A DNA stretch of 64,000 nt from Takakia lepidozioides (lineage: Eukaryota > Plantae > Bryophyta). Shown here piece by piece: positions 13,200 through 24,520 of this stretch. Where the stretch lies: the NCBI GenBank assembly GCA_030704615.1, contig CM060732.1, positions 8,680,001-8,744,000 on the forward strand, written 5' to 3'. The position numbers were made by a program, and so were the translations under genes. The first letter of the stretch is position 1. Each line of letters starts with the position of its first letter. The notes beneath the pieces were generated by a model, which saw nothing but the letters and a program-made list of their open reading frames with translations, was not told the origin of the DNA and did no database searches.

Positions 13200-13638
13200 A
13201 ACAGTGCCACAGTATGGTGCATGGTACTCTGTAGGGAACTTTCAGACCCTCTTTCAAAGTGACATGCCCGCAGCTCGAGCCACCCTTAGTGCTTGCCTGG
13301 AACACTCTCTGGTTCTCATATCCCCTGTTGTGGCCGAGACATTAGAAGGGCCTCTCTCGGAAGAAGAACTTGAACAGGCCCTGTCCAAGCTGAAGGATGG
13401 GAAATGTCCAGGGATAGATGGTGTCCCTGTGGAATTTTACAGAAACCTCTGGTCTGACATCTCGTCCGATTTTTGGGCCATGTCCAACCACATTTTCCAA
13501 TCAAACCATATGCCGGAAGCTATGTCACAAGGCATCATCTCCTTGCTTTTCAAAAAGGGAGATATGACTGACTTAAGCAATTACATGCACATAACTCTCC
13601 TGAATGTTGCATACAAGATCATAGCCAAAGGGCTGGCT
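13200..13638 (+). mobile_element. L1-like LINE reverse transcriptase fragment, 5' part
   Basis: EELEQALSKLKDGKCPGIDGVPVEFY...LLFKKGDMTDLSNYMHITLLNVAYKIIAK; the sequence resumes at 24261. Confidence 0.85.
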
Positions 13639-14242
13639 CTCGGAGAGTGCACCCCAGCCAACTTGTACAAGCCATGTGCGTGCACAGGAAGGGGTATTTT
13701 TAACCCCCCCATGTACAACATTATACATATATAGGGGGGTGAACAATACCTTAAATATAAGTCTACAGCGAACAGTTATCTTGATTAAGAGGGTAGTGTA
13801 GTGGTAAGGATTGGCATTGTCGCGACACCCATCGTGGGTTCAAATCACCATGCAATCTTGAGTTTTTTGAAAACTTCGAAAATACATGTATTTCGCTGCA
13901 CAAATTTGAACTCGAGACCATCTACACACCACGAGTACCTCCATACCACTAGGCTACTCCACAATTCTTGACACAAGTGTAATGATTAACAGTAATATAG
14001 AAGAAAGACAGTTTGTTGTGTTTTGTGTCATCGTTGAGATCTCCCAAACCGCGGGGCCCCAGCCCTGGTGTTTGGTACCATTGGAAAGCCCTCAATGAGG
14101 AAGGGTGCACCGGCTTGGTCTCATAATTTTGGAACTTGCGGTGTGGAAGATATGAATTGTCGTGCACCTAAGCATCGTGCCACAATATACATCGCTGTCC
14201 ACACACAATCTAAGCACACAATCCTAGAAAACTATGCCACAA

Positions 14243-14592
14243 TGATAATGGAAGTGAACACACAATGGAAACACTCCACTCATGAATCCACTCAATCACA
14301 TAAACTAAGTCAAGCCAAGGGCACCTTTGCTAAAGGAATCCATCCTACAAAGCCCTCACCACACTCTCTTTCAATACCTAGAGCTATGGAGGTGGGAGAG
14401 GCTCATGGAGGCTCAACTACAAGAAGATGAGCCTCCTCAACCCTCACAAGGGGAAAACCCATCCCCATGTTTCAAGTGAGGCATATGAGACCAAATGAAG
14501 TCCCAACACACAAAATGTACATATAAATATCCAAAATGTCCTAATTAACTAGAAGTAGGTAATTCTAGTTAACCATGACTAAAACCATGACA
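14243..14592 (-). repeat. LTR-B (3' copy)
   Basis: TG...CA; near-identical to 23338-23704 apart from a 17-bp deletion and a few substitutions. Confidence 0.9.
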
Positions 14593-14920
14593 GCTGTCGT
14601 GCACCTAAGCATCCTGCCACAACATACATCGTTGTCCACACACAATCTAAGCACACAATCCTAGAAAGCTATGCCACAATCGCCCCCCTAGCTGGTGATT
14701 CCCTCTAACATTGGATAGCTGATATCCACCCAATAAGATTAGGTCTTCAATCGTACAAGTCCCAACATCTGAAGTCGGTAGATCAAGAGGCCGGGTGCAA
14801 AAGTAGCCCCATCGTTAGTCGCCTGCCTGTAATCCATGATCTTCAATTGAGTATCCATGGCGTTGAACTCCCACTAGCTAGACCTTGGATCACTTGTCAA
14901 CTTCACCATTGTCATGCCCA

Positions 14921-15075
<155 letters not shown>

Positions 15076-16040
15076 CAACCCTGCAGGTACCACTGCAAGG
15101 TTGGGATCTATCATCCCATCCACATGTGGAAGGTGACAAGGCGCACAATTGTGTACATGGTCCTTCCATACCATGCCATCTCGACCCTCCAGAATCAACA
15201 CTCCTGAAGGTAACACCTCCTGTACCCGCAGAATCACACGCCCTGCTATGACATCCAAGGTCGTAGGTGCTGTCTGCTGCAGATACACATAGTCCCCAGG
15301 GTTGAATCTCCGAACACCCGGTCGATATCCGCCTCCATGTATGGTGGCATACCTCAATGTGTCTCGGTGTTGGGCAATAGCAAGATTCTCAAAAGCCATA
15401 GGCATGACTCTCTTGAACAACTCTGCCCGCTGGTCACACGTTTGTGTCCACACATCCGGATCATCAAGGTCAAGGACTACTGCAGCCTCCCTGCAAATAG
15501 ATGCAGACAAATCTGACTCTCGGCCGAAGAGAATAAAGTAAGGTGAGAAGGAGGCAAGTGACGCTTGTTTGTTGAACCTGTAGCCCATAGCCAACTAAGG
15601 TAGCTGAAGGTCCCAATCTCCCAGGTGTCCCTTCTGCAAACCGTACTTGCGCAAACCCCTCTTGATTGTATGAACAACTCTCTCCGCCAAGCCATCACCC
15701 TCGGGATGATCCGGAGAAGTAGTGCGGTGATTTATCAAGGCTTGCTCACACAAAGCCTGAAACTCCCCCAAGAACTCTCTTCTTTGGTCCGTGAGTACCT
15801 CGGCTGGAGCACCAAATTGGCTAAGCACTCGATCTAAAAATGCATACGCAGCCCCCTCACTTGCCTTGTCAGGCAATGGCACCAGCTCAATCCATTTGGA
15901 GAAGTGTTCCACTATCACCAGCACATACTTGTTGTGGCGTATCGTCAGTATCATCATGTTCGCTCGTGCATGGATTACGACTCAACCCATCTGCGAATGG
16001 TTGTTCCCACATGAGATTAAGTCCAGCGTGCAGAGGGCCA
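15076..16040 (-). pseudogene. Gypsy integrase core
   Basis: YVLVIVEHFSKWIE, VLTDQRREF, HPEGDGLAERVVHTIK, FSPYFILFGR; in-frame stops. Confidence 0.9.
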
Positions 16041-16069
16041 TTAAGGCTTTTTGGGCTGAGTCATAGATG

Positions 16070-16900
16070 AAAACCGACGATAGTAGTTTGCCAACCCCAT
16101 GAAAGCACAAACTCTGCTTACATCTATGGGGTGTGGAATGCGTGCAATGGCCTCCACCTTTCTCTTTTGAACACCCAATCCTCCAGGGTATATCATGTGG
16201 CCCAGATACTCAATCTGGCTGTGGAAGAACTTGCACTTCCCAGGGTGCAATTTCAACCCATGCTCAAGCACTCAAACAACACCTGAAGGTGTCTCTCATG
16301 CTCCTCAACCGTGGCAATAAAGATGATGATGTCATCAATGTAGCACCGGGCGAAGTCTAGCCCCACACATGACCCTCTGAAACTCTACATGAGCATTTTT
16401 CAACTCAAACGGTAGGAACCGCCATTGGTACAAGCAATCCTTCCCATGTTGGTCAATCCCCCAGAATGCCGTCTTTTGTTTGTCAGCCTCTTTGATTGGC
16501 AACTGGTGGTAACCGGATCGCAAGTCCAATGTGCTAAACACCTTTGCATGCGTAATGGCATCAAAGATCTCCTTTGGAGTTGACATGGCATATCTATCAG
16601 ACTTAGTCTGGCGGTTCACAGGACGGTAGTCCCCACACATCCTCCTTTCTGTCCAATTGCCATAGATATCCTTTTTAGCTGGCATCACCGTTGCCGAGGC
16701 ATACTCCCCGTCTGACAACTCCACCAATCCAGCTTCGAACAACTCCATAGTCCGTGACTGGATCAAAGTCCTCTCCATGTCACTATACCTGTAGGGCCTT
16801 TGAAAAATTGGCGTATCACTTACCAAATCAATACGAATCTCCTGGTCCTTCAAACTCCCCAAATCCTTCAAACCGAAGGCAAAGCAAGAAATCGTTGGAT
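16070..16900 (-). pseudogene. Gypsy reverse transcriptase (RNase H region deleted)
   Basis: RMCGDYRPVN, FSTLDLRSGYHQ, KTAF, LPFELKNA, CYIDDIII (shifted frame), IEYLGH, FMGLANYYRRF. Confidence 0.92.
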
Positions 16901-17389
16901 CCTCCGTCTCTCTCCTCCAGTGACCGTAGGTCCGACATCTGGTTCCCAATTGTCCTCAGTGACTGCAACCTTGGGTATACCAGGCTTGGAGGTAGGAGAC
17001 GCATCCTTTGGTTGCTAGATAGCAACCTCTTGGGCCTTGTCCGCCCACCCTGATTATGGCGTAGCCTCCACTTGCTCTGCCATAGCCACCTTGAGAACAT
17101 CCTCTGAGCAAGAAACATTCTCAACCTCTTCAAAAACCTTAGCCACCTTGGCCTCCAACTGATCCTCAGTGTATGGCTCTCCCCACTCCTCATACTGCTG
17201 TTTGAGAGATCCAATGACTCTCTCTTTGCGCATCTCATCCCACATCTACCATGGGTGCTTGCATCCCACGATCCTGTGCTCGCCCCCACTCACTGCCTCC
17301 ACCGTCCCGGTGGGCAAAGAGGGTGCAATATCCAATGGAAGTGCAGAAGTAGCCACCAATGCTTGCAATCTCCGTTGCTCAGCCATGCA

Positions 17390-19096
17390 CAAGCCAATAA
17401 CCCATGTCAAGCAATTGAGATCCATTGCCTAACCCAACACCTGGTGTCGTGATGCCTCTGACAGAGCTGGTACAGCTGTAGTGCCCGTGGCAAACCCCAT
17501 TGCCTGATCTCGCTCATCCGCACTAGGCTCCACCAATTGCTGTAGCGCATTGTTCCAAATCAACCCTGGACCATTGTCTCGAAAAACATGAGACGAGGAA
17601 AAACTCATGAGTGTAGGCAAGGCCGCACGTGGTTGCCCCACTCGATTGACCACCGCCAAAGGTGGACGATCATCATGTCACACTCTCTGTGGTTGCCTCC
17701 CTTAGTCCAAAATGCCCTCAACCGTGAGGTTGGGTAGCCGTTGAATGGAATCATAGGCTCTCTTGAGCAACTCTGGTGGTGCAAGATTGGTCCACCACAA
17801 CCTAGGCTTATGTGCCCATGAACCCACTGCAACTGCATCCAACAATACAGCTGGTCCAATCCATGACCGGATCTGATGCACACTGGCCATAACCCTGCAT
17901 AGTTGCAAATTTGGACGTTGCGAGGAAGTCGCATGTTATTTTTTTTTTTAAACTGCTGCATGCTGGTGGTCGCAGATATTAAAAAACAGAAAAATGGTGC
18001 GACCACCCCCATGCTCGTGGTCACAGAGATTATTTTAAGGGAAACCAAAATATATATATATATATGATGCGACCACCCCCATGCTGGTGGTCGCACCTAT
18101 TAAAAGAACAGAAAAATGCTGCGACCACCCCATGCTGGTAGTCGCAGATATTAAAAAATAGAAAAATGTTGCGACCACCCCCCTGATAGTGGTCGCACCT
18201 ATTACAAATAAAATAAAAATTATGGGACCACCAGTAGCGGCGGTCGCAACTGTTTAAGAAAAGAAAAAAATGCCACCACCCCTGTTGGTGGTCGCATCTA
18301 TTTTTAAAAAACAAAAATGCTGCGACAACCCCTCTGCTGGTGGTCGCAACTATTAAAAAATAAGATAAATTCTGCGACCACCACCATTTGGAGGTCGCAC
18401 CAATTTAACAATAATGATTTAGAAATGACCTCAAATACTGGCGGATGGAATAATTTATAAAACAATTCATTCACTTCCCAAGGTGTCGCTTGGAATACAA
18501 CGTGTCCACTTACATGGCATATTTTTTTACCTAACTCATGTTTTACTGAATTTTCGGCAAAACTGACGTGACGTTGGTCGCGTCAGCGTCAGGTCCGACG
18601 TGACGTCACTGACGTGTGCAACCTTGTAACCCTGGCCTGAGAATCCCCCATGAAAGGAACATTCTCCATGATGTAAGCTGGAGGTTGCACTTGCCTCACC
18701 TGCAAGTCATGCAACACTCGCAACATCTCCCAAAACAGATGCGATCGTGCATCATGCAAACCATTACCATGACCTACAGGAGAATGTCCTTGGCAAGGCC
18801 ATCCGGCTATCACCAAGTCAATGGCACCATGCCGGTCCAAATCATCCGCCCCCAACAAGGTAATGTTTGCTGGCAAGGCCTTTTGGTACCCTTGAATTGC
18901 TGAGAGAGGCAACAACTCAAGATAATGACGTGTGAGTAAGGCAACATGGCACATGGAAATACGCCGAGCAATCTCATCCTTCTCCACAAACAAGTACTTG
19001 CATACTTTAATCCCTGCTTGCAACACGTACTCCTGCAAGCCCAGTGCTCATGCCTCCAAAGAGGTCTAGCAAACAAATCCCTGAGTCAGGTGGTTG
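17390..19096 (-). pseudogene. DNMT3-like C5 cytosine DNA methyltransferase domain inside pol
   Basis: Motif I LLDLFGG; IV DLVIAGWPCQG; VI IMENV; VIII AHKPRLWWTNL; IX/X ERDQAMGF...RHQVLG*AM. Split by the hAT MITE at 17898-18626. Confidence 0.88.
17898..18626. mobile_element. hAT-type MITE with internal GCGACCACC-N-GGTGGTCGC hairpin array
   Basis: 8-bp TSD TAACCCTG (17890-97, 18627-34); TIR CATAGTTGCA / TGCAACCTTG; removing it rejoins ARV-MASVHQIR in frame. Confidence 0.85.
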
Positions 19097-19519
19097 TCAG
19101 GTAATGGGCACTGTGTCCAAAGGAGCTAACTGAAGAGGTCCAGGTGATGTCACTGAACTCCTCTCACTCATCAATGGAAAGGCCTCCTGCCATGCTTGGT
19201 GCACACACTCACCTGCCACTTGCTGCAAATTCCCAACCGTACCCCACGGTGAAACATGCACATGCACATGAGGAAGCAACTCAGTTTTGTATGCCAATTG
19301 TTTGTCATCATCAGATGGTGGTCTATCATCTGCATGGTTATTGCCCTCCAAGAACTCACTACCCCAAGCCACCACCCCTGAGAATGCAGCCAATGTGGGC
19401 ATCATGTTCCTATGATCCACCGCTACATTCCCAATAAACCGCACTGGGAGCAGTGCACGTCGGCCATCTCCTGACTGCCACTCCGGCCGGTAGGATGCCG
19501 TTTCCTCCCAAAAGTCCAG

Positions 19520-19830
19520 AGTAAATCCCATGGGGTACAGCACAACCCCACCAACAAGCACATCATAAGACATCGCGTCCGTAACAATGGCTTTAGCTCT
19601 CATGACTGAACCGTCCGTAGGATGATCCGGCTGCAATCAAATGAAGAGCTCATGGCGTATAATTCCTCGTGCCTTCTCTGAACCACCCAACAATGTTTGA
19701 ATTTGGAAAGGGCAAGGCTCTAAGTCCGTCTCTGTAAGGCCCAAGCCTGCAATTGCTGCTCTCCCCAACATCAATGGTTGTGCTCCTGAGTCCAACAAGA
19801 CTCGCAGTGGCCTATACCTCCTCCCGGTTG
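19520..19830 (-). pseudogene. Retroviral-type aspartic protease
   Basis: LRVLLDSGAQPLML ... YDVLVGG. Confidence 0.8.
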
Positions 19831-20184
19831 GGCCACCCAACTGAAACACTCTATCCTGATTGTCCACCAGGACTACTCCAGGAGTCACCATGTTGCGCTC
19901 AATGGCTGGCCTAGCTGGCAATTCCTGCAACCTTGGAGCTGCCGCTTGCCATGGCACAGCTGTGGCTAATTTCACCCTCAAATCCAAAGTATCCATAGAC
20001 TGCACCCTATCTGCTATCTCCACAGATAGTGCCGATGCATCACCACTCTCACATAATTTAGCTGCTAGTCTGAACACAGCAGCTGGCCGAATCCCCGACA
20101 TTGCAATGGTCATTGCAGAAAACAATGGAGCTTGCCAAACCGCCGTAGCCGCTCCCAACAATATACTAGCTGGAGCGACCGCCA

Positions 20185-20412
20185 CTTTGGCGGTTGCTGT
20201 TTAATCTTACGCCGAAAAAAAAACAAAAAAATAAAAAAAAACAGTAATTTGTTTTTTATTTTAAAAAATTAAGCGACCGCCAGATTGGCGGTCGCTGGAT
20301 AAAGTTTAACCCAAAAAAGAGCGAAATTTTTTTTTTAAAAAAAATTAAAAAGTAGTGGTCATTTCTTTTTAATGTTAAGGAATTAAACGACTGCCAGTCT
20401 GGAGGTCGGTAG
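20185..20412. repeat. Inserted fragment of the GCGACCGCC-hairpin repeat family
   Basis: GCGACCGCCAGATTGGCGGTCGC with AT-rich spacers; interrupts the gag/pol region. Confidence 0.65.
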
Positions 20413-20414
20413 TC

Positions 20415-20720
20415 GTCCATGGGCGGCCCTTCAAGGTGCTGGAATAGCCCCTTCCACGCCATAAAAGGCGTAAACAGTTGTGGATTGCGCATTTGCTGCA
20501 AATCACACCAACCATCAAACTTTTGTATGAAGTCATCAAGCTCGATGGTGCCCACAGCTCCAGAGTACCAACGTGGCCCCTTGGTAGCTCCATACATCTC
20601 CTCCATCGTGTCCCACAACAATGGTATGGAAATGACTTGCATCCTCGGCGAGAATCCTCTTGACTCCAAGTCTACACCTTCCTCAGAAGACACTGAAGGT
20701 GAAGGCGGCCTAAACCGCAC
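20415..20720 (-). pseudogene. Gag N-terminal region (putative)
   Basis: PRWYSGAVGTIELDDFIQKFDGWC...LFQHLEGPPMDDY, a typical gag-like pattern positioned upstream of the protease. Confidence 0.5.
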
Positions 20721-21774
20721 ACCTCATCTTGTGTACCCACTAGTATCGCTGGTGCTCGCACCGACACTCCCCTCAGCAACTGGTGGCACCTCCGTGATGA
20801 AAACTCACAACCACACCTGTTGTAAACCTGTCTCTAATCCCCCTCTCCATAAGGTAATCGGGTAGAGAACCTGTTGCGGCCTATGGCTTAGACTAGTACT
20901 AGGTTCGTAACATAAACCTGCACGTGCACCCTGCACCTGCATCCACTGCAAGCACTCATATGGTCTGCTGGTCATCAACCCAGCCTCACCATAAGAGAAA
21001 CAATGATGGTCTGACTGGTCATCACCCCAGCCTCACCACCGACAACACGCTCTAGGATTGGCCGGTGATCAAATCTGGACCAACCTCCTATGAAAACAAG
21101 CGCCCACACAAAACTGACATGGCGCACAGTCAAGCATGCAGGTGTGGGGGGGATCCAAACACAAGAAAATCAAGAGAGTAACTCCCCCACACCAAAAAAA
21201 AACACTCCACAGTGTCGCTCCTGCAAGACACCCCAGCCCACACCCGGACTGACTTTTGCCTCCACCTACGGAAAGGTTTTGGCCTACAGAGAGGGTGGAA
21301 GACTACCGGGAAGAGAGACTAAAGCAATTCCTAATCCCGGAATGCTCTCAACCCACTAATCTCCCCCTATCTCTAAACGCTCTTGCTATGACCAACAGAC
21401 AGGACTACCTTCCAGGATCTCTCAAATAACTCTCCAAGAGCCCTCAAGATGTCTCTCAAACAATCTCACTAAAGCCCCCAAAGCCTGTACAATTGGACTC
21501 CAAATAGTCCACCAAGGCCCCAAGAGCCTGCCAAATCTTGGCCCTCAAGGACCCCAAATAGTCCTTCAAACAGTCGCCAAAGTCTCCTTAAGCTCGCCAA
21601 ATATTGGCCTCCAAGGACCCCAATATTCCTCCAAACAGTCCTCCAAACACCCCTTCAAGTGCTCTTCAAATGTCTTACAAAATTTCCTCAAAGGACCCCC
21701 CAAAGATCCTCCAAAGGCAATACTCCTACCATACACTTTTAATGAAAACGTATGGTAGGCAAAGTCTCTCCACT

Positions 21775-21970
21775 TGTATCCATACACTGTTTACAAAAGT
21801 GTATGGTGGAGCAGAGGGAGCCCATACTCTGTTCAAAAAATGTATGTTGGGCAGAGGGGGCCCATACACTGTTTACGAAAGTGTATATTGGGCAGAGGGG
21901 CCCATACTCTGTTCACAAAAGTGTATGTTGGGCAGAGGGAGCCCATACATAGTTTCTTGAAGTGTATGGA
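21775..21970. repeat. ~40-bp tandem repeat (ggcagagggggcccatacactgtttacgaaagtgtatattg) x4-5
   Basis: Visible direct repeats in the LTR element's internal region. Confidence 0.8.
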
Positions 21971-23337
21971 GACTAGGGTTTTTAGAGTTTAGTAAGAAAC
22001 ACCTTCTTCATGGTATCTTCCCCCCTAACATGCATGCAAGATTGCATTATCTTACCTTGCAATGCATTCATCCCAAATTAACAAGGTTCTCTTGATCTCC
22101 TTGGAACTCATAGCAAGCTAATGTGCCCAATGACAAGCGCCAAGCCTTGCTTCAATTTGAATTTTGTATTCCATCTCCATGTGCTTTCCCTTGCATGGGC
22201 TAGTCACACACACTTCCACCTCTTGACCTAGGTGTTGTCTTCATTCACCATAATGTGTATCCACACCTCTATTCAAGAGCTCATCTTTCTCAAACTTGAA
22301 GTCACAAGCCCTAAAGAGCATGCTCCACATAAGCATCACTTGCTTGATCAACCACCCACCACAAAACTTAAGCAAAAAGGGAATGAATACAAGAGCTTCA
22401 CCTTCCCCTTCCTTGTCTTGTCACATGCTAATGTATGGTTGAAGTTTCTAGGCATGCCTTGAGCCACAATCTCATTTCTTCTTGAAGACCACCTCCAATG
22501 ATCTCCCACATGTGCTCCAAGCTCTTCAATGCTCTAGGGGCTTGGTTTTACATCATCATGGATAGAATTTTCACCCACATGCTTCCCTTTGGGGTCATCT
22601 TGAGCTTCTTAATGCTCTCCAAGTGGTTGCTTTTGTTGTCTTCAAGCCCTAGCCTATGTAGCTCCTTGGCTTTTCTTCCACAACATGCATCACCTCATAC
22701 ACAAGGAATGAACTTGCTCACTTCACCTTCTAGCTCTCCTCAAGCTTGAATTGGAAGCCACACTTGGAAAGCATGCTCCACACATACGCCACTTGCTTGG
22801 TCAACCACTTGCTTCACCAAGAGCAATCCAAGATTTCATAGAACTAGCAAAAGCACTCCCTTCTAGCGCCGCCTTCGCTTGCTTGTTTGTCAACCAAATG
22901 AAACCTCACTTGGCTTCATTTCACCATGGATAGAACAACCACTTCTTAGCTTCTTTTGAGCTACTCAATGCTCCTCAAGCTACCCTTGTTGTACTCCTTC
23001 TATGGTGTTTCCAACCCAAGCATGTGCCGCTCTTTGGCTTCTCTTTCACACCATGAACAACTAGAGCTTGCTCTTGAAACCCTAGTGTCTATCTTCTCCA
23101 CACACAAGACGCTTATCTTATGATGCAAGAGCACTTTTCCAAGCTCTCCACCTCTATAGAGAAAAGTAATGCTTCTCAAACCCTAACATCCATGTTCTCC
23201 ATGCCACAAGGATTTTTCTTTGCAACACCTACAACACCTTGCAACACAAGAGCTCTATACCAAGCTCTCTTCAACACACAAGTGCTAAACTAACCCTTAC
23301 ACTCCGCATTCACAAGCATAAGGAGATCTTCTTGTAG

Positions 23338-23704
23338 TGATAATGGAAGTGAACACACAATGGAAACACTCCACTCATGAATCCACTCAATCACATAAAC
23401 TAAGTCAAGCCAAGGGCACCTTTGCTAAAGGAATCCACCCTACAAAGCCCTCACCACACTCCTTCTCAATACCTAGAGCTATGGAGGTGGGAGAGGCTCA
23501 TGGAGGCTCAACTACAAGAAGATGAGCCTCTTCAACCCTCACAAGGGGAAAACCCATCCCCATGTTCCAAGTGAGGCTTAATACCTCACTTGGCATATGT
23601 GACCAAATGAAGTCCCAACACACAAAATGCACATATAAATATCCAAAATGTCTTAGTTAACTAGAAGTAGGTAATTCTAGTTAACCATGACTAAAACCAT
23701 GACA
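23338..23704 (-). repeat. LTR-B (5' copy), followed by a self-complementary PBS at 23326-23337
   Basis: TG...CA; PBS CTACAAGAAGAT (minus strand) is complementary to in-LTR 23512-23523. Confidence 0.9.
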
Positions 23705-24260
23705 GAATTTTCAAGTACTTGTGGTCGTTGGAAACTCGCGAAAAATAGCAAAGTGGGCTTTCTTGCAACAATGATTGGCCCTTCATTTGTCATTTGTGCA
23801 CAGGGACATAAATATAAATTGGGTTTTTTTTTTCAAATATGACATTAACACAATATTGTTTGTAAGATCCTTGAGATCTTCCAAACTGCGGGGCTTCTAG
23901 CCACGATTTTGGTACCGTTGGAAAGCCCTCAATGAATAGGGATGCACCAACTTGGTTTCATAAAATTTGGACCTACCGGCCGAGGTCTGTTTTTAAATGA
24001 ATGCATTTGATATAATATAAAGACATACATATATATATTTGAGGGTATTTTTTAATGATTGAAAAAGGGAACATACATTCAGAAGGGGGGTGTTTTTTAA
24101 AAATTGCAAATTTTTGTATATTTATAGGTGAGGGTTTTATAATCTTCAAAAAGTATGTACAGAGGGGGTATAAATTATCCCAGGACACATATACATGGTA
24201 TTTTTTATTACCCGGCACACGCACGTGATACGCACATTTTATAAAGAGTGCACCCCCCAG

Positions 24261-24520
24261 GGGCTAGCTGTACGTCTTTAGCCTCTTCTTCCTTCAATCA
24301 TCAGACCAAGCCAATCTGGGTTTATTAAAGGGAGATACATTATGGATAACCCATACTTCTACCCTACTGCAAATGCAAACATTCGCTGAAACCTTCTTAA
24401 GAAAGAAACAGGTTCCTTCAAAATAGCCAAAAAGAGGGGGCTTCAGAACCTTCTCACTTAGAACAAGCAGTACCATGTGCAGCAGTATGCTTTGTATCTT
24501 CTCCAAATCCTGCACTCAGA
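24261..24520 (+). mobile_element. L1-like LINE RT fragment, continuation of 13200-13638
   Basis: GLAVRL*PLLPSIIRPSQSGFIKGRYIMDN. Confidence 0.8.
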
